Positions 52,729 through 64,000 of a stretch of 64,000 nt of DNA are shown in pieces. The notes under the pieces were generated by a model. The model had not been told where the DNA came from and searched no databases. It saw only the letters and a list, made by a program, of their open reading frames with translations. Where the stretch lies: the NCBI GenBank assembly GCA_964304625.1, contig OZ199838.1, positions 3,712,275-3,776,274 of the forward strand. Direction: 5' to 3'. A program made the position numbers and the translations under genes. The stretch comes from Kudoa neothunni. Lineage: Eukaryota; Animalia; Cnidaria. Positions within the stretch are counted from its first letter, which is position 1. Each line of letters opens with the position of its first letter.

Positions 52729-53041
52729 CAGGTTTTCTCAAGCGTTTTTTTAAATTTACCCCCTTAACTTGGAAGCGGAATTTATATTTACTTTAAGTTT
52801 TATATTGGCTTAGTTATAGCAGAGGCTCTTTAAGGGTAAATTCTGATCCTAAAGGCACACACATTTGCATAATGACAATTTTGAGTCCCATCTACAAATT
52901 TTATTTTATTAGATTTTTCTACATTCAATTATATCTGATCCTTCCTTCCCTCTTAAGGATATGAAAGAATTAAAAATAGTCCAAACAAATGATACTCAAA
53001 TATTATTTATCAATCAGATTGCAATTTTAAGTATTATTATT
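52729..53041 (+). mobile_element. Truncated hAT MITE (same family as 59038-59644)
   Basis: CAGGTTTTCTCAAGCGTTTTTTTAAATTTACCCC...TAACTTGGAAG...TTGCATAATGACAA is colinear with 59038 onward; cut off by the MITE at 53042. Confidence 0.75.
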
Positions 53042-53219
53042 GGAAGTGGCTATTGGCACGGGAAATAATATTCAAGTAACATTGGTTTTGACTATATTTA
53101 ATTCTAAAAAATTAAATCTATAACCAGCTTGTAAGTTGGAGTTGCTGAAATTAAAAATTTTCATTGCGCCAACGGACACGTCGTTTAGGATTAAATTTTA
53201 CCGTGTCATAGCTTTTGCC
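53042..53219. mobile_element. Shorter, diverged copy of the GGAAGTGGCTATTG MITE
   Basis: GGAAGTGGCTATTGGCACGG ... CCGTGTCATAGCTTTTGCC; internal similarity to 53371-53605. Confidence 0.7.
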
Positions 53220-53370
53220 AAATTTTTGGGTTAATTGTTAAATTAAATTATTATTTTTTTAAATATCTAATAAAACGGGGGTAATATGCATATATTGTGA
53301 CGATTTGAACTTGATCAAACTATAAATTCTATGTATTATATTCGTTTATTTTGAGAATGAATAAATTAAA

Positions 53371-53605
53371 GGAAGTGGCTATTGACACGGATTATAATAT
53401 CCATGAAAATATAGTTTTGACTGTATTTAATTATTTTTGGCCCTTCGCTACCGTCCCTAGGGAAAAAAATAATTAGGCACAGCATATTTCAAAAAATAAA
53501 TTCTATAGATCAACTATAAATAGGAGTAGTCGGGATTAAGAATTGACACGATGCATGTGCAGTCGCCAGTTTGGATTAAAAACTTCCGTGTCAATAGCCA
53601 ATGCC
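53371..53605. mobile_element. MITE with 9-bp TSD (Mutator- or Merlin-type)
   Basis: TIRs GGAAGTGGCTATTGACACGGA / TCCGTGTCAATAGCCAATGCC; perfect 9-bp TSD TAAATTAAA (53362-53370, 53606-53614). Confidence 0.9.
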
Positions 53606-54637
53606 TAAATTAAATACAATCAAAAATTTTACAATAATAACGGGATTGTAATAATATATCCGTTTATATGTTTTATTTCAATGATCAAAGCTATTTTCGA
53701 GTAATACCTGATTCAAGACTATTCTTCACGTTGATTGCAAACAATGTGAATCTCTATGTACAAAATATGATGTATAACCTTAAAAAATACAAATCATAAA
53801 AGTACACGATGAATTTTATTCTTCAACCACTTATATCGCGAACTCTTCAATTTTGTATTTTGTAAACTGATGAACACGTATTTGCCTGAAAAGTGTAAAT
53901 TTTTTAGATTAAAAACAAATTATGTCCAAACTAAATCCACATTCAAATCCTACTTATAACGGGGTTGAGTTAATGCGATTGTTATAGTAACTAAGGGGTA
54001 TGTTTAAAGGTAACTTGATGTCGGTTGTAACTGGCATTGAACATTTTGAAATATATGTGACAATATTATAAAGTTTTATGAGATTCCAAGCGATACAGAA
54101 AATATTTTTTGAGTATGGATGTGTGTTTTGGATAAAAATAAATAGGCTTATTATTTGTCAACATTCGAGCTTTAGAGACAATTAAAGGAAGACGTCGAGA
54201 AATTGTAACAAATTATTATTTAAATTGTTGTTTCATTTAAATTCCATCAATTCCTTAAATAGATACTAAATGCAAAGGAACATTCATTGTACAAATGAGT
54301 TTATTATGATTAGTTATTTTAAAGATTAATATGTAAAAAATAAATTAAAGTTTTAGAATTAAGGAACATTAAGTAGTTTATTTTATGTGAAATTAAAATA
54401 AAAATGTCAAAACCCCTGATTACACATATAAACTCATTTTTCTGTTTAATTACTCAGATTTTAAACGCTGTTATTGTGTGATAAAACCTCAAATAAAAGT
54501 ATAGTGGTTTGTGTATATGCATAAAATAATTTATGCGAATCTTTTAATCGACGAATAATTTAAATCAAAATTAGAGGACTATTATTATGTGATTGTTTAC
54601 TGTTATATTAGATTATATCAGATATAACCTAATAAAT

Positions 54638-56238
54638 ATGGTGAAGATTAGTCATAATCTTGAGCGAAAATCTCTTTTGATGTTTTGGGTATTGGTGCAC
54701 GTTTTTTCCGTGAATATGGGCTATTACATGTACTATCCTACAATTCAACAGCTGATCTTTAACAATATCTGCTTTGTAAAATATAAAGCATCCAAAGAAG
54801 AATGTATATCAAATAGTTCAATGAACTTATATTCCCAGAAACAAACTTCATTGTGGTTTATATGGCTGAATTTTGGTCAACTTATTCCAATGATAATGGC
54901 AACACTTTCAGTTACGTATATGAGCACCAAGTTTCCATCCGAGCGTTTGCTATTTATCCCTTCATTATCAGTGTCTTTGATGATAATACTTGCGTTGGTG
55001 TACGCATTCGTCCCGCATATTCCATTAACTCTTTATGTAGGTAATTTGTGGATTTTGATATTACTTACATACAATTAGGCTCCACTATATATCTTGACCA
55101 CTTTCCTCGGTTGTATGACCACATTTAGAGCACTCACATTAACTTATATATCATGCACAAGCAACGACACTCAAAGGCTTCAAAGAATACTTTATAGAGA
55201 CGCTGCCACGAATTTGGCACGGATGGCCTCTGCAATTGCAATGGGCTATTTGATAAGATATTTTTCTTTTGCAGTAACTCTTGGTGTATCCCTTGGCTTT
55301 ATGGTTATTGGGATCATTTCACTTTACTTTATAATACCATCCAATTCACATAACAAATCAAAAGTTATCAATTTAAGCAACCTAAAACAAACCATGTCAA
55401 CCACTAAAAAACAAATACACACCAACATGATCCCATTTATGCTAATAGCAATAGGCTATATTCTTACCACTTTTGGTATCATTAGGTCATGTTTGTTTCT
55501 GATCACAAAAATTCAGGTGAAAATGGAATCGCAAGAATTCATTTATTGTATTCGATGAGTTCGAAGTTTAATTTCACTCCGGTGTATGGTGGATATCTTT
55601 TGGCTGATGTTTCATTGTGCCGTTCGGTTGGATCGATTCTATTGCTCCCCTTGATTTGGAAATACATACCTATACCGAAATGGAAACTGCTATGTGTATT
55701 TAGTGTGGTTCAACATTTATTTTACATAACAACAGCGTTTTCTACCAACATGATACATCTATTTATTGGTATTTCAATAATTTAATCTATTTATTATTGT
55801 GTTATTTAAGCTCCCATCTTTTTCGTCACTCAAGATGCATTTATCTCACTTCCTATGAATGCCATTGGCGAAATGTTTGATGGTGATCCCAAGTGTAAGT
55901 TGTGTTTATTTTGATATATAATGTATTTGATTGTATTTTTTGAAATAATAATTTTTAATTTCAATTTAGCAATCATCTTCGCTATTTTTTCAATATTTTT
56001 AAGTTTTTTCACTCTGACTGGGATTATGGTTAGCAATGCAATATACATAAAAACCAACGATAACTTTGGGGGAACCGCATTTCTAATAATAGGCGTTTTT
56101 ACATTTATTGGTACATTCTACACGACGTAATACATTAATTCAGAGAAATTTTTATGAATGTTATTTAGAGCTGGAATATATTATCTACATGTCATTAAAT
56201 CATCAAAAAGCTTAGAAAACCCCCAGAAAACACAATAG
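54638..56238 (+). CDS. SLC46-family (proton-coupled folate/heme transporter-like) MFS transporter, 6 exons
   Basis: About 12 hydrophobic segments. Features include PTIQQLIF..C...C..QKQTSLW after TM1, TYISCTS...RLQRI, and GENGI..LY....FNFTPVYGGY. GT-AG introns (e.g. 55037-55078) join the frames; stop TAG at 56236-56238. Confidence 0.8.
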
Positions 56239-56488
56239 TTGTGTTTCTCTAAGTTCGTTTTATTTTTTCATGAGCCCAATCTGATAGATTGCATTTATTT
56301 TTGAAATATAACACCATTATATTATAAAAATATTTATTTTTCTCGAATGCTTCATTTTTTATGTGAAATTAATCTCAGAAATTTAATGTTCTCTCCAAAA
56401 GCTCAGTCAACGTAGCTTTAGATATCAATAAAACATTGATTTATTCTCTTCTTATTGATCTTTGAAACATAAAAGAATTAGATCAATG

Positions 56489-57290
56489 TTAACTCATATA
56501 TTGTTTGCTTATCAGGAATATTTTTATAACATTTATATCCATTATTGTGGAAAATATTACAAAGTTTAATAAATGGTCAATAGGAAAAAATTTTATTTGG
56601 CGCACACAGCATGATAATAAGATAAATATGGAAATGAGTTCAGTTCCGATCGCTCTTATAAAAACCATTTTAATAATCGCATGATTCAAACTAAAATCAA
56701 TTATGAGATGGAGACAAAAGATAGAGTTCAATCTATCCAAGGGATTATTTTTGGTTTTATACACCTAGAACAAATTTATAATATCATTAGAGAATTCTTT
56801 TATAAAAAATAGATTAATGAATGGTGGAAGACATTAAAAACATTTTTTAATCCAAGCATCTATTCCAATACGATTAATCCTCCAATACCTGGAGGTAGCC
56901 ACTTTGACTAATCAGCGCATATTATATCAAAAACTTTTACAAAATATTTTATTTCCTTTTTCCCCTACGTGTATTTTATATTATAATGGTGCTTTAAAAA
57001 TACTTAAATAAGGAAATTTTACATTTAATGTTTTTAGCTTAAAATCAAAAAAAAGAAAAAAAGTTACACATATACCTGAACATGACCACAATTGCCACCA
57101 TATAAATAATAACGTTTAAATATATAAAAAAGCTTTTCTGTAGTAAAATAAAAATTATAAATGAACTTTGAAGCAAGGAACTCTTTTAAATTCTTATTGT
57201 TGTTTCTTTAACTTCTTTATTCTGTTAATTAATTTAACCTGGCATGGAAATCTCTCATATTAGAATAGTTTTGTTAAATTACATATCTAC
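56489..57290 (-). pseudogene. Possible relic of a spliced membrane-protein gene
   Basis: Hydrophobic ORF 56489-56764 begins right after TTCTAG. Upstream exon-like blocks end CTCCAG|GTATT and GTTCAG|GTATAT, but stops prevent a full reconstruction. Confidence 0.25.
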
Positions 57291-58480
57291 AAAAATTAGT
57301 AAGCTAAACATAATTTTTTAAATTGAATTAAGACCATCTTATCATAACTCAAAATCCTTAGACTACATATATTTCTTATTCGTAAATAAATTTATAATGT
57401 CATATTTCAATTAATAAAGTATGAATTTGTAGAGTTAAAATATTTCTGTCTACACTGTATGAGGTTTCATAATTAACTCATGGATTTTGATAATAAAAAA
57501 ATTCCCTAACTGTAAAAATAATATGAAAATGTGAAAAATGAATCAATAATAAAACAGTTTATTTTTAATTTTCCATGCTAATCAAAGTATATACAGGCAT
57601 AATTATTCCTGTTCTTCGCACCTGTGAAAATAAGCGTCACAATAATTCATTATTGATTTTCTTTTAAATTTATTCCATTTTAAAATTGATAAAATAACGT
57701 AAACAATTATTTCCTAACCTTTATTGAAACGATTTTTATTATTTTAATAGATTTTTGCGTGTGGTCACCGGAGCCACCTTAAGGTATTCGTGTAAATTTT
57801 TGCCTCAGGTGTTCGAGGGTTAATACAAAAATTTTAGTTGCATATAAGACGCCTAATTTAAAAACCATAAAGTAAAATTCTTAATATGAAGAGTAAAGAG
57901 ACAGCGATTATAAAGAATGCTGAAACAGTGAAACTAAAATTATAAAGCAAGTGCCGATGAAATTTCACGATGATTTCTCCTCTAATTCAGCAATAACATA
58001 AATTAAAAAAATGATGTTAACTATTACTGCGGATCCGTATAATCCACATGTGCGGGTTGTCTATTGCTATGGGAGGGAATAAATCCAAATCTAAAAACCC
58101 GCTCAAAATTTTAAATTCAATTTTTTAATTAATGATTTTTTGCCTAACATAACTAATATTCTTAAAGAAAAGTACATCTGTGAAAAATAGAACATTATTG
58201 TAAGGGGTTTTGGGTTAAAAATAGTCTTAATTCACTTTTTAACGTTTCATAAAATTAATAAACAAAAATGTTTCTCTAAAAATAGATAACGACGAAAATA
58301 CTCAAAGGAAATAAACAATTTTCGCTTCTCTTAGTATGACCATGCGTCAAGAAACATTTTTAATTTTATGGTAATTGTTCATATACTTTGTGTGGGAAAC
58401 ACACTTACATAATTTAGAAATTTAGAACAGTCAGGAAATGAATTATTATTTTTTGAAAATTCTTAGAGAAAAACTATTAA

Positions 58481-59654
58481 CCCTCCAAGGATTCTGGGGT
58501 AAAATTCATCCCAAACAAGTTTTAATCCTATCATATATTCTATCATGGTTTTTTAATACGTATGAAATTATCGCTATATCTATAAATTTATTTCTAGTAA
58601 AATATGTGAGTGTTTGGTTTTTAAAAAAATATAGGAAGTCATTAAAAATTAAAAAACACCCTCCAAGGATTTTGGAGCGAAATTCACCCCGGCATAATTT
58701 TTACTTAATTATTCATCCAAAAAATGTGTTAATTGTTAAAAGTGAAATCTATATTAACCCATTATGTTAAGAAATAAATTAAGTTAGAAGTAAATATAAA
58801 AGATATAGCAGTTACATTGTTTACTTAGATGCGTTACCGAAGAATTCGTGACTTATGCCGTATAAAGTTTTCTGATGATTAGTAATGACACTTTTTCTCT
58901 GAATTTAATGTGTCAAACCATATAATGTTGTAGAAATGGATTTATTACAATTATTTGTTTAAATTTGCTTAAAAAACTCTGGGGTGAATTTCATCCCAAA
59001 ATCTTTGAAGGTAATTCGTTTTTTGATACCTTAAGAGCAAGGATTCTCAACCGTTTTTTCAAATTTACCCCTTCAATCTGATGAAAAATCAAAATTTACC
59101 TCATAACTTGGAAGTCAAATTCATATTTACCTTAAGGTTTTATATTAGTTTAGCTATAGCGGAGACTATTTTTTAATTCTAGTTCTAAAATTTACGTACG
59201 CTTGCATAATGACAACTTTAACCCCATGAACTCTTACTCACAAGCTGTATTTGGATATAAGTTTTTAAATTTTGACAAATCAAATTTTTTCTTTCTCATC
59301 CCTTTGCTCTTAATGGCGAGAAATAATTAAAAACGGTCAAAACTAGTGACACTTGAATATTATTTACCATTAAAATAGTCATTTTAAGTAGTATTATTAT
59401 TAAGTTACATTACTAAAAGATAAACCTAGCGTAAAACAAAGAGACTGATAATAGTTTTAGAAATAGCTATTAAAAAATTTTCCTAATAACATTTGAGGAA
59501 TTTTTTGACTAATTCTTATTAAGTTTAATAGCCTGAATAATATAAATCCTTAGAAATCTTGAAGTACAGCACAACCCCATAATGCAAAAATTTCCCCTAT
59601 CTAATTTAGATTTCGTCTAACTTACCACTTGTGGAGAACCCCTGCCTTAGACGG
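58481..59654. mobile_element. piggyBac-type MITE with a hAT MITE inserted in its right TIR
   Basis: TTAA|CCCTCCAAGG ... CCTTAGACGG|TTAA; internal direct (~58660) and inverted (~58980-59012) copies of the terminal motif. Confidence 0.75.
59038..59644 (+). mobile_element. hAT (Buster/Charlie-like) MITE, 607 bp
   Basis: TIRs CAAGGATTCTCAAC / GTGGAGAACCCCTG; approximate 8-bp TSD CCTTA(A)GAG / CCTTAGAC with central TA. Confidence 0.82.
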
Positions 59655-61456
59655 TTAAGAGCATGAGTTAACAATATTGTATTAGACTGATTACGAAGCA
59701 ACTTTTGTGCTCAAAGAAACCTTTATTATATAAATTAATAGTTGGTATTTTAAAAATATGAAATAATATTTTTTGTGGGTTTTATCTATCTAAATAAAAA
59801 TGATGGTTGTTAGCCTAGATCCTTTAGGCCGACTTGTTCCTTTAATTTTCGTTGGAAATAATAAGCAAAAACAATAGGTAACCGATTTTCCGTAGTGACC
59901 AATTTTCGATAACCTCTGAAATTCTTCCTTAAAATATTATTTTAATATTTTAAACTATGTATTTTATTCGTAGATTTTAATAATAATTTACACAAATTAT
60001 AAAAATTGAATATTGGACGTTGGTTTTTCCTATTATTAGCGCTTAACCGGTTTTCTGTAACTTTTAAACTCTAGGCGGATTTAGTGGTGTGCCTTTTTTT
60101 ACATTTATAATGTCTGAAAAAGTTAAAAATAAGGAAATAATAAAAATAAAATATTAATTTATTGATTATTTTTAAAGTATACTAAACAGGCGTGCAATAA
60201 TACTTCTTTTCGTAAATTTAAGCTCCCTTCTATTTCTATTCTAGATACCATCTTGATTAGGAAGAAAGACATAGTTTTATCCCATAAACTGGTCCTTCTT
60301 CTTGAGAGAAAAAAAATTGAAACAATGTTCAAATCACGACATTGATACTTTAGTATACGATTGGGTGAATTATTCGAGAGAAAAAAATTGGACTATCTAC
60401 TCATGACGTCGTACATAAAAGAAACCAGTTGACAAAAGAATTGAACCTAAGCGCAGTAATGACCATGAATGATTTCTTGGTCTCTGATCCTGATGGAATT
60501 TAAAAATAGTACTGCCTATGGTGATGCTGCTTATGTTTACTAGAGTTTTGTAGAAAATTGGTAATCTAAATTGAATGATTAAGTCAAAGGTAACAACGAT
60601 GCTTAATTATTCGTTTAACCTTCCAAGCATGTTAAAAACAACTATACACCGCCATACACCAAACAGTATTGGGGCCCAGGAGAGCCCAGATTTTTATTGT
60701 TTATTTTGATACACAATATAATGATATCCTTTTAAAAAGTTTTTTACCCGAGCGATAACAAAGTAATCATAATTTACTTGTATGGCAATGGTAGTCGATT
60801 TCTTCGGAACACTTAGTTATTAATTTTACATGTTTAAGTATTAATGAAATTATATTTTAATATACCATATGATCTCTTCACAGCATTATCTACATACTAA
60901 CGGGATAATAGAATTTGTCAAAATTCTAATAATATCTGAAAATACCTATGTTCACTTGTAAGAACATAATCCTGACTTTACCGATTCATAGAATTTTTTA
61001 ATACAATTTTTTGAAATGATATAAAGTACAATATTACCTAACTGATATTCATAAAAAGGTCAGGCACATCTACCATTTTGAGCTCACATAGAAGCCAATC
61101 ATTCATAATAAAATATGGATTAATAATTAATAATCAAACGATTAATATATTACTTAATTAAGCCAAAATGTCTCAAAATCAATAATTAAAAATATATGTA
61201 ACTAAATAAATTTTACTGGTCATTTTTTGTTTCCGTTTGTAAAAATTAATTCTCGAATGTTTCTTTCAACAATGTTTGGAGCAATTATAACATTTGTTCT
61301 TTATTTTTATATCAGAAAATCGTGCGAAGAAAAAACACCTTCTTCGCCATGGATGGGATACTATCTACCATATCCACACACTCTTAGGTTTGTTATAATC
61401 GACAATAACTTAGGAATTTTTTGTCTAATCATGGCATAAATTAACATTGTTTGAGG

Positions 61457-64000
61457 CAGGGGTTGGCAAAAATTAGTTGCAATTAATTGCAATCATTACA
61501 CTTACAACAAAATGTTTATTTAATATTTAAAAATCCTTAATCGTCGATTCAATCTTCTTTTTATATTAAAGTTTAACTGTTACAGCATATTTTTTAAATT
61601 TGAACATAACGTCTCATTTTTGACGTATAACAAGAGAATTCTTCAATGAAACCATTAAATGAAGGTAAAATTTTAATATATCTATTTATTCAACAATGAG
61701 AAAAGATCGAGAACCCGCGCCCGCGTTACAAGGTTATGTTTTTACACTACCAACGAAAAAATTTTGAGCAGTTTTTGATCTCCATCGAGCTATATAATAA
61801 TTGGAAATTCTTAGTTTTTTTCCTATCGAAATAGGTTGGAAGCACGTTTAACTTAATTACGTTCGCTTGCACTTCAAATTTTATTCACTTCATGCATATT
61901 CGACATATTATTGCTTATTTATCCATTAATAATATTCTTAACACCATATTAATGCTAATATAAGAATTAAAACATAAAAATTAGTCGACAGAAATAAGAA
62001 TTTTGCTCTTATAAAACATGATTTTGTACTTTATTGTTCGAAGTCTTTCCGCAATTAATTAAATAATAATAACAAAATATTGGTTCTAAAATTTCAGCTT
62101 AAAAAATTGATAAATTCCTATTTTTTCGACATCGTGCTCACGCGTAATTTGCTCTTTGTTTACGAAAACATGAAAATTGCCTTATTATTTGCATATTTTT
62201 GCACATCACTTCCTTAAAATAATTTTTTAACTAAGAAATCAACATATTAACTACTAATGTACTCTGTTAACCGGAAGTTATACCAAAATGAAGTTTTTAA
62301 GCTTAAAAGACAGTTACAACTTTTTTGGTTATTAATGATAACGATATTTTCTTGATAGTTTATTTAAAACAGTTATCTCAGAAATTATCCAATTCAACCA
62401 AAAAATTGCAAATATATCATTTCCTATATCCTAATAAAGCAAAAATTTTTTTTACTAGTTTATTCTCTCTTATATATTCGTTTAAACAGAGCTTTATGTA
62501 AAAGACAAATTTCGGCAATGTAAACTCACAAACCTCTGAAAAAGATTTGTAGCGATTTGATCAATATCTTGAGGTTCCTGACAAAAAAATTATATTTTCA
62601 CAAGTTCAGATATTAATAATTAACATAAACGTTTATTTTAATTCTGGCCTATTTATATTTATTCAAATTGATTAGTTAAATAAAATAATTTAAAATATAC
62701 AAAATATCCATCATGTATTATTTAAAATATCTCGAAAATACACTTTTTAAGATTTCGATGATTATTATAATTAATGCTTTGTATCCTGACTAAATTAATA
62801 TTGCATCATTTTTTGGGATAAAATAAATAATTATAAAACTTCATGGTTGAAAATTAAACAATATTAAATTTTTGTATGTTAAAATTTTATCTGTTCTAAA
62901 AAAACATAGTACAAAAATTTGTAAACTAATATACTTATTTTAATATCACAATCAATAGTAATATTTATATTTCATCTTTTAACTTATGAATAAATTGATT
63001 TTTTGGTCGAAAAATTTAATGACATTAAATAGTATACTTAAACTTAGTTGTTGGTTGAATAACTTCATATAAGTAATAATATAAATCGATTTAAGTGATA
63101 GACGCGCTAAAATATGCAGAGAATAAGGAATTTTGTAGAAAATGAATTCACTCGTTTGTATTTCAACCTAGAGACAATTTTCATACAAAACGTTTAAAAA
63201 ATATATCGAATTGGTTAAAAAAGAAGTCGAAATAAAATAAAAGATTTGTTTCCCTCCAAATTTTCCCTTATCTTAGATGGGTGGACAGAAAATTCCGCTC
63301 ATTACATCGGCATTTTTGCTACTTTTAACTCATCAAATTCGAACGGCTATGAAATATTTCTTTTAACATTTTCTCCATTGTTGACAGAGACAACATTTAC
63401 AACAAGTGATTATTATGATATAAAATTTGTTTTGAGTATATATGGGAAATCTTTTTCCAATATAATATCAATAAGTGGAGACAATGCTGAAGTTAATAAA
63501 GCTTTAGCGAATCTATGTCAAGACCCGTTAGTTGGACGTGCTTCGCATCGCTTAAAATTTGGCCGTCTTGAAATTCTTAAAAACCCACGAAAACTTAATT
63601 CAAAGAGTGCATAATTTAATGGGAGAGTTAAAGAATTTAAAAAATTGGGGATTGTTGAGAACTTTTACTAACCTAAGGCCGAAACAAAAAAAATGAGACC
63701 AGATGGTCAAGTCCTTTTGAAATGTTTGAAAGGTACGAAAAGTTAAAAGTTTTTTTTCTGACCCTGCATTCATCAATGGAAAAAGCTTGGTGGATCATCT
63801 GCTATCACCAAGAGAAAATATGGATATATTTGAATTAATAATTCATCTGAAAAAGTTTAGCACGGTTTCAATGATCCTTCAAAAAGAAAGTGTTACATTG
63901 GCTGAAACGCGATATTTGTTTGGTGAACTTATTCTCATATGCTCCTGCTTGGATGAATCACTTGGTACCAACGCCAAAATAATTCACTCTCCCACTTTTG
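61457..64000 (+). mobile_element. hAT-like element with transposase pseudogene (~63100 to beyond the window end)
   Basis: Left TIR CAGGGGTTGGCAAAAATTAGTT. Motifs FSLILDGWT..HYIGIF, LLTFSPLL, SGDNAEVNKALA..PLVGRASHRL (the CxxH position), ETRWSS, NAKIIHSPTF; frameshifted. Confidence 0.8.

Noticed and set aside
1-64000. CRISPR arrays, rRNA, intact tRNA or prokaryotic operons despite IS-like transposases
   Set aside because: No repeat-spacer arrays or recognisable RNA genes were seen. The IS630/IS1595-like elements are eukaryotic Tc1/Merlin relatives embedded among intron-containing genes.

Overview
AT-rich eukaryotic nuclear DNA. It is probably from an animal with a compact genome and very short GT-AG introns (about 38-60 nt); a parasite such as a myxozoan would fit, but that is inference. 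Six host genes reconstruct with intact spliced frames: glia maturation factor (GMF), mitochondrial Rieske Fe-S protein (UQCRFS1), DNA ligase I, an orphan AT-hook/tail-anchored protein, a uridine-cytidine-kinase-like protein with degenerate catalytic motifs, and an SLC46-like MFS transporter. They sit among dense, mostly dead DNA transposons (piggyBac, Merlin/IS1595-like, IS630-Tc1 DD34E, hAT, Mutator, MITEs, possible Helitron relics), often nested two or three deep. Most notable: a UCK pseudokinase; a Rieske protein with a low-potential-type Tyr-to-Phe change; a multi-hairpin candidate ncRNA with a repeated loop motif; a hAT MITE found twice at the same position inside piggyBac termini; signs of hairpin-driven conversion or inversion (a 208-bp perfect inverted-repeat core, and a MITE loop flipped between copies); and host-sized introns in IS630-like transposases. 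All calls were made by eye, without database searches.
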